From Paraspadella gotoi (Eukaryota > Animalia > Chaetognatha), in assembly GCA_051294375.1 (NCBI GenBank), contig CM119271.1, forward strand, positions 2,246,677 through 2,310,676: a stretch of DNA of 64,000 nucleotides. The letters run 5' to 3'. Below the pieces are notes generated by a model, which worked only from the letters and a program-made list of their open reading frames with translations, had not been told where the DNA came from and searched no databases. A program made the position numbers and the translations under genes. Positions 1-12,000 of this stretch are shown one piece after another (position 1 is the first letter of the stretch; every line of letters begins with the position of its first letter).

Positions 1-3000
1 AATCCCAAACGACGGCGTCGGCGCGCGAGTCGGAGCGGGAGTCGGAGCGGGAGTCGGCGACGCGAAATTTGTGGAAGGTGGAGGACATGCGCTTTTCTAT
101 GAGAAAAGGGATTCGGGGGGGGGGAAAGGATAATTGGTCAAACAGGGTCCCAGGGTCCCTGCAGGACTCGTTAAGATCCAACGGCAACAACCACCAACCC
201 AAAAAGTTGAGCGCCTCCGTTTTCTTCCCCGTCGAACTGAGCAGCTTGGCCCGTTCCATGGGAAACTCGAGCAGATCGTAGGCGCGGGCCGAGTTGAGGG
301 CGACGAAGGATGCCTGGTAGTGGCCCGAGAGCCGAGCCGACCTGGCCAACCGCAGCCAGGTCTGTCCGATCTCCTGCTCCACTCGGCGTCGAAGCTCGGG
401 CGAGGTCGCCTTCCCGCTCACCAAAGAGAAGAGGGCGCGGCGGAATGTGAGGAGACAGTCGTGATGACGGTAGGAAGGTTGGACGAGGTCGAAGCGCGAG
501 GAGAGATGAGAGAGAGCGGATTCGAGGCTGGAAGAGAGAGATTCGGCGGGTGAATCCCGAGGAAAGATGAATTGGTCCGCGATGAATTCCATCTCGTTGA
601 GAGCCTGGTGAGAATAGGTTCAATGAAGTACAATCATCTAATTTGCATATTGCGGTAGTGGCCGTTAAAGCTGAGATTCGTTACAAAAAAATTTTAAATA
701 AATTTTTATAAAAATTTAATTCATTTTTAAATACGGGCTCTTATGCAAAATGATCTTTGTCAAGAGTGGCTCTTAACAACAAAAGAAACAATTTTTCATC
801 AACTCAAAGGGAAAAACTTCGCAAAATTTTCGTTTTACTTGATTAGGAAAAACTAAATCGACAGGCCAAAATTCCCTAATGCATTCACATTCACAACCCC
901 TTTCGACACGGTTTACCCTGTTAATTATATAAATTGGAATCTCCGTCCACACTTCATCACCTGCAGCTTCACGACGTGCTGATACCCGCTGTTGTAAGAT
1001 CCCGTTTCCATGGCGGCGACGGAGAGCGGCCCGATCTCAGCCAGGCGCGCCGCCATTAAGTTCGCCTCGAACTCGTCACGGTCCTCCGACTGAAGAGCCG
1101 CGAAAATTTTGCCAAGATTGAACTCGAATTTGGCGGCGACGGGCGCCGCCGTCGCAGCCGCTGCAGAGCCGGAGAGGACGCCGCCGTCGTGTCCTTCCTT
1201 TATCCGCCGACGGTCGACGTCGAGGAAATTAGCCAGGTTGTCCCATTGACCCAACTTCCAGGCGCACTCTATTCGGGTGGCCATAAGATCGGGCTCCCAA
1301 TCGGGGCGTTTGGCGACGAGTCCTTCCACCTAAAGTATGCGGGGGAAGAAGTTCATTCAGGAAACGATTCGCCACGACCACAACCCCCCCCCCTACCTGA
1401 GATAAGACCGAGGACAACTGGCCCATCTTAACGAAGCAGCGGAGGAGGCCGAGTTGAAGGCGGACGTCGAGGGGTTGGGCGGCGATGGCGTCTTCGTAGC
1501 AGACGGAGGCGTCCAGGTGATTCCCTCCGCTCTCGAAGACGTAGATTCGGTCCATGAGAGAGAGCTCGCTTTGGCGGATTTGGTCAAGGCCCTAAATGGA
1601 TTACGGGGAAATTAGTGACGCCACTGAACAATGGCCAATGCGAAAGAAGCTTTTAGCAATATATTCGAGAGTTATTTAATCGCAAACATCGGCAAAAAAA
1701 AACAAAAACCACGACTGAAATCTTAATGTCAACCATGACTTAGCAAATTCCGCTCATCAATTATTTCACCTGAACCCCGTCGGGTTCGTCGAGACTAGAA
1801 TAAATCCTGAGCAGAAATCCAAGGTCCTCGTGCCTCTTGCTCATATTATAGACGGGACCCAACCAGTGGATGTGCTCCTCGAAGTACATCAGCGCCCTCG
1901 TCGGCGAGTTAGACGCCAGTGCTGCTTTGGCAATAAGATCCTGACGGTTGACCCCCCAAAAAAAGTTTAGAACAAAAAAAAAAAAAAACACGGAACGTCA
2001 GAAAAATTCTTGCCTTGGGTATTCTTCTGAAAAAGCTCTCGACCGAGCGGTAGGCCCGATCCGTCTTGTGCGACCCACCGCCGCCGCCCTTCCCGAAGGC
2101 CCCCTGCGACGCCGTCAGCTCCTCCAGTCGAAAGTTCTGCCAAGCGCGGACGTAGTCGAGCACGCGGAACACCGTCTGCGCCGCGAGGGAGCGCAAGTCC
2201 TTCTTCGAATTGGAGGCGGAAGCGAGGGCGTCGCGGGAGGCCGTGCGGGAGAGGAGGTTCCGATCGGACGGCGCCGAGTGCGGGGGCGAGGAGGCGTCGC
2301 CGGAAGTCACGTCGGTGAGGATGGCTTTTATCTCGTCGCTTTTTTTGGTTTTGAGGAGGGGGGGATTAATCAATAATCAATACAATCCAAACATCGAGCC
2401 AATCAATAAAATTTTGACAACACCGGATAACTTTTCCGAAATTCCGAAATACCCACCCGATTTCCGACAAAACCGCTTCTACCCCGCCCAACAGGCAGTG
2501 CAGCACCAACGATGGCAGAAAGAATATGGCGCACTCCAATCTCGCCGACAGAAGTACGGAGCAGGGTTCGAAGAGACGAAAAGCCGTCGTACCTCGATCC
2601 AGGTTGTGGTGGATCATCTTGAAGGCCCAGTTGCAGATCCAGGAGCGGAAGGAAGAGCCCAGGCGACTCCCGTACATTGGCGTGAGGCGGAAAGACTTGC
2701 TGTCGATGTGAGCGGTTTGGGTATAGCAGGACTTTTCGTGATTTCTAAGAACCTGGTTTAGAAAATGCGTTTTAACAATTTGCTGGTCAGCATCCTGCTG
2801 GTCGACATCCTCTCCGACCTCCTGAGCGTCCGGCGAAAAGGCCTTCCACATTTCTGTCCAATTCTTCGATCCCAGTTTCGTCATGACTTTGATCATCTCT
2901 TGGATTGCGTAAGCGGCTCGATCTTGCATCATGGTGTCCTCGGCTACGGAGTAAGCCTGCACCAACTCGTTCATGAAGGCGATCTTGAGAATGGATGAGA

Positions 3001-6000
3001 TTTTGTGATTTGAAATATCTCATTTAGCGTAGTAAATCCGTAATCCGCCAATAATATCGTGTACGTCGTTTAAAACTTGAATATTCGCCAAATGCAGGAA
3101 CCGTTTGTCGCTTTTCCTCAGCTAAGGCCATTCCCTGCACCACCAAAAAACCTTCTTACTTGCACGTCGGGCTCCTTGACGGAGTAGACGTTCTTTGGGA
3201 GATCATGAAGCCTCTTTCCCTTGGAGGAAAACTCGTCGTTGTGGAGGTCGAGCTTGCCCGGGTCGATGGCGCCCAGCTCCCCCAGGCACTTGGCCAGGCC
3301 CAGGCGGATCTGGCGGTCGGAGCTCGCCTGCATGGACGGAGAGAGAGAGAGAGAGATTGAGCGAAAGGTTATAAGAAATAATGAGTCGTGACGGGAATCG
3401 GAAGAGCAAGACGTCGCGAAACTGGTTTGCATGATATAGTAGAAGAAAAACGAGGATTGAGAGGAATAAATCAAATAATTTTTTTTAGAATAATCAACGA
3501 TGAAAAATATTATATTTGTAGTCAAAGTTACTTGGGCTATTGCGTTGACAACTTTTATCTTACAGTGGTTGCAATATTGATTAAATTAACTTTTTCGTTT
3601 TCGTTTTCGTTTTTTTTTAGACTCGAACCTGACACCCGTTGTGCAGAGTAGAGACAAGTCTCGACACGACAGGATCGGCGACCTCATTTCCGGTCACCAA
3701 GAACCGAATTTCCTGACGGCGTCTGACTAATAGACCGTGCAGTTGGTTGAGCGTCTGGACACGGACGTCTTTGTTCTCGTGGGACACGCCTTTGAAAAGG
3801 TGGGGAGGGTTGTGTGGTATTTTATAGAAAAAGATAAGCCGAATTCTTAATACTTAAAACAGTCTTAGTATTTCCTTTTCAGAATATCTTGAAATAAGAA
3901 CATGATCCACCCGACAAGTTAATCGCTAACTTTCTTTTAATGTTAGAAGAATTTGATATATATCGCTCAAAATTTGAGTCAAATTAATTGAGGTTTTAAT
4001 AAAAGGGAAGCTCACCAATTTCTTTTTCGACTTTTCTTTTAGAAAATTGAAATTGATCTTGGATTCAAACAATGATGAGGCGTGAATTTATCTCGAGGGA
4101 AAAAAAGGAAAAGATCGATTTTCTTACACCATCTGTTTTCTGCGCGAGATAAAAAAACGTCGAATGATTCGATGATGTAAGTTTCTTTTCACTAGATACA
4201 GAAACATCAAAAGCTGAAACTATTTTTTAATTTAAAATTGAACGTCTGTTGTAATCAAAGTAAGTCAACTAATTAAAATTAGGCTATTTATATATTAAAA
4301 GCTGAAAATTTAAAAACTCTTTCAGCTCGTCCATTTTTTCTTTCCTCAAAAATAGGCCGATAAATACGGAAAAAAATTTTTCTGAAAGCTCAGAAAACAA
4401 GAATTTCGACTGGAAAAAGTTGTTAGAAAAAAAATGAACCTCGCCGATCTAATACGAGCCAACAATCCGCGGGAGTAAGTTAATGATTAAGTAGTACGAC
4501 CAGAAAAGAGAAATGAATTTAATCGACAGATCCGTCCTTTTCAATTGGCAGCAATCCACCGCCGAAACCCAGAGCCAAACCAGTCAATAAGGTAACTTAA
4601 ACTTGACAATGTATATATTTATTAATTAACGACATTTAAAAAAAGTGACCCGTTCTGCAGTTTGCCATCGATGCCGACGCGGAGGAAAAAGTGGTGCGTT
4701 GGATCGCGGCTCTGACGGGGGATTCCAAGGGCGACCGCGAGTCACTGGCCAACTTCCTCCACGACGGCGTGGTTCTGTGCAACGCGATCAACCGGCTCGT
4801 TCCCGGTGCCGTTAAAAAGATCGGCAGGTGAAGGAAATTGGAAAGCGATTGATTTTAAATTCCTTATATATATAAATATATATAACTATAAGCGATTTTA
4901 AATTGCTTATAATTCCTCAGGAAAGGAGAGCCCGCCGCTTTGGAAAATATTAACGCGTTCAGAAAAGCCGTCAAGGTAAATTTTCATCACTGGTTGCATA
5001 TATCATAATCGGCAATACAAGTTATATATAACCGGATCCAAGGATTACGGCGTTCCTGAAACTAAAGTATTTCTTCCGGACGATTTGTTCAAGAGACAAA
5101 ACATGAACGAGGTCGTGAAAACTCTCGTCGCGCTGGCGAATCAGGTTAGGGGAGGGAAAAGTGTGAATGTCGTGACTACATGGACGTAATACCAATATTA
5201 AATAAGACCGTCCATCATCGCCGTCATAGTGCATTGGGCTAAGCCGCTAACGCTTCATCTATGAACCCGATGGTCCCGGGTCCTAGCCCTGGTCGGAATG
5301 GCTTATGCGAAAAAGTCACGGGCAGGTTAAGCCACTGGTAGCAAGCCTACATCCAGATCCAAAGTTTCGGAAAAGGCAACTGACCCAGACCAACTGGGCA
5401 TACTAGATGATGGGAATCTCGATCAATTCACTTTTTTCGTTAGGCGGAAAAACATCCAGAATACGACGGACCTCCCTTCAAGTAAACGTCGGAGTTTCGA
5501 GAAAAAAATTTCAATCAATTTTCGGTTATTTTTTTTTTTCGCAAGAATTTGAAAACAATTTTCTTTTTTTTTCCTGAAATGTGATAATGGATTATCATAA
5601 TACGCAACATTTGCAATATGACTATTATGAGTAAACGCAATAAATAACTTTCGGAATTAACGACCAATTTATCTTTTTTTTGGCAAATTCCTCACAAAAA
5701 CTTTCTTTCAATCAATTACTTTTGGTCCCCAACAGCCGTCCTCTCTCTTTTCTCTCTCTCTCTCACCCTTGAGCAGTTTTGAGATCTCCGCTTCGATCCC
5801 TTCCCCATCTCCCTTGGCCCGACGGACGCTCTCCTTGACTTCCTCGTCGAGTTCGCATTCGGTCAGAAAGTAGAGTTCGCCCATCGTCTCCGCGAAAGCG
5901 TCCGCGTTCTCCACGAGGAGAAAATGGTAGATGGCGCCCACCTCCTTGGGGTCGGGGTGTCGGCGCAGCAGCGGCAGCAGGTGGGTCGTGACCTCGACCA

Positions 6001-9000
6001 GGATCTTGGCTAAGTCCTGGAGGCGAACGTTGCGGACGAAAGTGTTCCAGGCGTGGACGAGAACAAGGAGGGTGCGTTTTTGATGAGCGGAGGCCAGACC
6101 GTTTTTTAACATGGTCATGAGTTTGACGCGGTGGGCTGCGAGGAAGATGGAACGAGTGGGAGGGAAGGGGGAAATGGATGTCTTGTTGCGTTATGTTCAC
6201 TCTCTTTAGGGTGTGTCACTCATTGGCGCATTCAAAGACTCACGCGTGATGTGTTTGGGTCCCACGAGTTCAACGATGTTGGTGAGGCTCTCAAAAACCT
6301 CCCTCTTAGCTTCCTCAAGCACGTCGGCCCTCTTGATGAGGCTGTCGAAGAAGGTGAAGGTGCCGAGGAGGTTGGGACCCAAGTACTCGGTGAGATCCTC
6401 GTCGGTGATGGTTCGACCCGCCCACTCGCGCTTCTCGTTGGCCATCAGAACGCGGAGCCCCGAGAAGACTTGTTTGCCGTGAGAGCAGATGCGGATGAGA
6501 AGTAGGTTTCTGCAGGATTGGTAAGGAGTCTTTCGTTGTTACACATTTCAATTCCATGAAATAATGTACGTCATTTCTCATAATCACTTGTAAATATAAG
6601 TTGTAGTACTAGTAGTAACGAAAAATGCTTGCTGCAGATGAAGCTCGGGTTGTAATATACGAGGAATAGAAGACACCTCAATAGTTTTTTTTTCAATCAT
6701 CACCCTAATCTCATTTGCATATGGCAGAATTTTTCACCATCACTTGAGGAAATCAGAGCTCTTTAGTCAAAGTCAACTTTAAAAACATGTGAACAAAATT
6801 TGATGATTCTGTTTTTATTCACCTGGTAGTTTTTAGCCGGATCTCAAAAAACTATTGTTTTTTGAACAAAATTGTTATAATGTAGTCCGTAAAATCAATT
6901 GCAAATAGTGTCATCTTCAAGAGCGGAAAAAATACTATATTTTAGATACCTTATTTATATAATTTTATACAATACTTTATTTATATTAATTTTTAAAGAT
7001 TAAAATTATGTGAATTTTTAAGTAATTTTTTAATTAATCCTAAATAACAATTTAAATAACAATTTAATCCTAAATAAAAATTTTTGTTAGAATTTTAAAA
7101 TTTCTAACCGCTACTGTTACAAAAATATGATTTCTGACCTAAATTTATAAATAATATTAATAAATCATTAATTGAGTTTATATTTGGTAGCAACGTAAGA
7201 TACTTTAAAACCTTTGATATTTATATGCAACATACAACAAACAAAATAATAATAAACTATTTCGCTGTTTGATTATGCTTTTTTATATTAAATGTAAAGT
7301 TAAGCTACTTTAATTAATTATTAATAAATTAGTAATTAATTAATTATTAATTATTTTTTAATTATTAATTTATTAATTAATTTTGTGATTGAGAGACGAG
7401 ACAAAGTGGAATACGATTTTGACATGAATTAAAAAAAAATAATAAATTAATTAATTCATTCATTATTTATCTGATCAGCTGCTTACCGCTAATTATCGTG
7501 AGCACATCCGGTATTGTTTGCTCAAACTTGTAAAAATATCAAGGAAGAAAACTTAGTAGATAGTTGGCTATATTGGAGCTATAAATGCTGTTTTATACAA
7601 TCGCATTGGCTTGTCCTTCTAAAGGGATATTTTATGAGCTAAGCTTTTATAAATGAAGGAGACGGAATCGTGAAGAGGAATCTCCAAAAACTCTGATCTT
7701 TCCGACATGTGATATTCATATTTATATTCATTGATATTCACTGTTCATTCATTACTTGTTCCCTTTCAGTTCTGTGAGCATCGTGTTTATCATCATAGAA
7801 AGTACGTGTTCGAGTGCGAGTCCTACTCCAGTTGGAGTCCACGTTCTCTTGTGTATTCATATTCACAGATCCTATACTGTGGGCAACCTTGTGGTCGACC
7901 GTGCCGCCGTGTGGTTAACTGACATTGTAGTCTACACGTTAGAGGGTCTCGTGCTTCTCAAGCCCGGCCGGTGCCCGCCGGCATCGCCCACAACAATCAC
8001 CCTCTAACATAAAAAGTGATAAAAATAAGTTTGCGAGAGTAAAACGTAAACTATACCTAAAATTATCTTTTTACAATCCACCTCAAACATATTTGCAACT
8101 TAAAAGTTTTTAAAGGTACCCACTCCAAATTCGATAGGCCTGAAAACGCGTATATCCAAATCTATATATCAATATATCGAATTATATTTCTCGCCTGATT
8201 TGCGCGACGTTCATGAGTATAAAGCTGGTGAGTTCGATCTCCGTCGTGGTGGCGATGTAGTTGAGAATGCTGCCCACGTTCTTCTCCTCCTCCTCTTCCT
8301 CCTCGTTAAGGATCAAGTAGGAGAAGATGTGCTTGAAGTTGTTGATGATAATCTCCTTCTTGCCGAAGAGGCCGAGGAGTTTGGCCAATTGTTGGAGGAC
8401 GACAAGGGACGCCTCGTCCCCTTTGTGCTTGATCAAACGGGGGACGAGGAATTTCTGAAAAAGGTGTGGGTAGAACTAGTTAAACTAATAATAAATTGAA
8501 GAATATTTTAAGAACTAGTAGCATAGTTTAGTTCAATAATTAGTTTTTTTCTAAAACCACAACTCAAACTGAAGCTAAGGTGGCCCACTGGACAGTAAAG
8601 TAAAAACACAATGATGTAACGCGATTATAGGTCGCTATTTGCTATAACTGAAACGGTAAATGACCTTGGCCGTGAGCGACGTTTTCCTTCTCTCATTTTT
8701 CTCGAATACCACGATTCTTGCTATTAGTAAATCGTCTTAACTCGATTCTCTGAATCCGCTTAAGACGACGACGACGTTTCCTATTGAAACAACTCTCATA
8801 ACTCATCTACTAGTCGTATAATTTCAACGTAAATACAACCGACTTCAAACCCAAAACGTTGAGAAGGCAATGGAAACCACGTATCGCAATCGATATGATA
8901 AAATTACGAAGCAAGAGGAAAATGTACACATTCCCAATCCAAAAATCTTCTCAACCGCACTTCGTTTCGACCTACCTTCGTTTAAAAGCTTCCCAAGTAA

Positions 9001-12000
9001 AATCTGTCGATGACATTTTAGAATATCTAGAGCCATCGTCTCCAAATACGGCATTTTGCACTTTGAAAATCTTAACATTCTTTTTAAAAATCAATCAAGT
9101 AGCACCGTTGTTTCTACAACCGCATGAAGGATTCGATTCCCAAAATCGGCGATAGACAAAAATCGATTAACGAAAACGAAAACCGGATTGTGGCCTCGAT
9201 ATAACCTTGACAATCTCCATTTCTTCGATCCGATTTACCGGTTTTTTCGTAACCGAAAAGATTCATTCGTCGCGATCGATCGAAAAAAAGATGAACCTGA
9301 TTCTGTCTGACGAAGGCGTCGCCCGCGGGAAAACCCAAGGCCGTGGCGAAGGCGTGGAGTCGCTGGAGAACTTCGTCCCCGACGCTCCTGAAAGAAAAAC
9401 GGGGACGACGCTTTGTTACATGACCATTTGATTTGTCCCTTTTGGCTACCACAACCCGATTCTGTCTGTCTTTGCGTCTCTCTTTCTCTTGTTCTTTCCT
9501 TCCAAATATAACCATTTGTGACTCGAGATCGTCATCACAACCCTCTCACCCGGAACTCACTTCAAAACTGTGTTGTCCATGGCGGATTTATTGGCCGAAG
9601 CGTCGACGAGCTGCTCGGCGCCCGAGTTCTCCACCTTGACGAAGTTGTATAGGAGTTCGATGAGAAGATGACATAAGGATTCTTGGTGGCGGCGAAATGC
9701 CGCTCGAGACGCCTCCTTGTCCCGACCTGACAAAATTCCAAAGACCACTATTTTGTTTTCGTCCTGAAAATAATAATACCATTTTCTTTGGAGTACATTT
9801 CCTTTTTTTTTTGGTTTTCATACGTAATTGATTGTAGAGCGTGTTTTTCAAGTTCATCGTAAATATCAGGGTCACGATCGAATGTTTTTTGACCGAAAGA
9901 TTAACGAGGTTCGACGGAAGAAAAAAAAGAGAAAACCAAGACGAAAACCAGTTTCTCGACTTCCCACCCCTCCCTCACGGTGCCTCAGACTTCCAGGGAA
10001 AAAAAATTTCCAAATCGAGTGAAAAAAGTCATGTCATCGATTTCGATTTTGATAGGTTAACTGATAAGTAGTAGGTCTTGCGTACGGAGGAAGTAGAGTG
10101 CAATAACCTGGAGGTCTTTTTGAAAAATCAGGTAGTGTGTAGGAGATAGGCGTACGGAGGAAGTAGAGGGCGTTAACCTGGAGGTCTTTTTGAAAAATCA
10201 GGCAGTGTGTAGGAGATAGGCGGACGGAGGAAGTAGAGGGCGTTACCCTGGAGGTTTTTTTGTAAAATCAGGCAGTGTGTCCCGCCCACCTGGATTCTCA
10301 CCAAAGGCTTCGTCGAGGCAATTGAGGGCGCCGGCGGCGACTTCTGGCTCTTTGGTTAAAGTCAGAGTCGACAATAGGATCTTAAGGATCCCGCGTGGAG
10401 GACCCCCTGGGTAGGCGGCCCCGTACTTGGCGGCGGAATGGAGGATGGTGGCGAGAACATCGGGATCGCTGAATTGGGAATGGGTGGGAAAAATGAAAGA
10501 CGATGCCAAAAAAAAATCAATTAAAAAGTCGGCTTAACTTACCTGAACTGAGTTTTAGCCGCCTTTTCGAGCGCTGCGACGACAGGATCGATCAACTTAG
10601 GATCAGAGAAATATTCGTCATGGGCGAATCTAGTCGGGGGAAAAAAAAGTTTGAGGAAACAATGTCGGATCTGCGTACGATAATTAAGCGGAAATAACCT
10701 AATCTGATGATAAATCATGGTAATTTTTTATGACTTTAAATTTGTGATCTTAACAGATCAAAAATCTTAAAAGTATAGTGATCTCGCCAGACGTTACTGT
10801 AAAAGAAAATAAATGAAAAAATCCGAAAAAAACCGAATGATTGATGCGATAACGAATTATTGATGTAAAAGTAATTGATTGATGTAATTGTAATTGATTG
10901 ATTGATGTAATAATAATTGATTATTTATACGATGATAATTTCAATTAAAACTTATCCATCCAATTTTTAATAAATATAATAAATATGAGAAAATATAAGT
11001 AAAAATGCTGACAGTAAATATGACTTCTTTTTTTTTTTCATTTAAACTCATTTCCACTCGCAAGATCCGACTAAAAACCAGTTTACTGAATATAATTGAA
11101 AAAAAATGCAAAAAAAAAAGTACAAATCAACCAAAAAAATACTCACCCGTTTCCAGTTCCCTTTTTCACAACCACCCGCGCCAAAAGCCTCGGAACCGTC
11201 GCCACCGCCGCCAGCAAATACGCCACCCCGTCGCGGACGCCGCGGTCCGGATCGATGAGGAGCGCGAGAGACGCGTTCAGCGCCCAATCGAGTTGTCCCG
11301 CGACGCGCACGTGGGCGAAGACGCGACGAAGGGCTCGAACGAAGCCGAGACGAGTTACCGGCGACGGAGATTGAGAAAGAAGAGATAAAAGGTTCGATCC
11401 ATTTCAAGTCGTGACGAAGGAGACGGGGGGCGTGGCCGAAAGACGAGTCGTCGTCGTCTCTGCCTTCGACGTCGCAAACGGAGCAACGGATCCGCGACTC
11501 GACGAACCCGTCATCGGTCAATCGCATCTCCGGACGAGCGCGTTCGGCAAAGACGCAGACGACAGAGCCGAAAACGTCCGGCAGACGCTCGGCGAATTCC
11601 GGCGGCGCGTCGGTGGCGCCGAGCAGAGGCGTCAAAAGCGACGCGATGACGTATTTTCTAAAGGCGTCGGGGGCGCCGTGCATGAGGAGGGGGAAAGATT
11701 CGAGGGCGGCGATGGAGGAGTCGGGCGAGCGAAGGCTACGGTGAAAGACCTCTCGGCGGAGATCGAGGTAATCAGTTTTAGGCACGAGAGAGAGGAGAGA
11801 AAGGGACGCGCGGAGATGACGGGGAGACAGGGGAGAGGATATGGCTGGAATGAAAAAAGGTAATTTAAAGATGAATATTACATCGGCACTAAACAAATAC
11901 ATAAATACGTACTTTGTGAAAACTGATAAACGGGTCCTTCGAATTCCTTATCCATAGGAACTTTAGACTTGATCTTTTTGATCCAAGGCACGAGAAGAAT

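Noticed and set aside
6900-7480. Very AT-rich TAAT/ATTA tract
   Set aside because: Low-complexity intron sequence with no defined unit or termini.
8640-9155. Possible second nested gene in an ATR intron (ORF 8859-9155)
   Set aside because: No recognisable motif or convincing splice structure, so it cannot be supported.
10080-10280. CRISPR-like array
   Set aside because: The units repeat in full with no unique spacers, the context is eukaryotic, and there are no cas genes.
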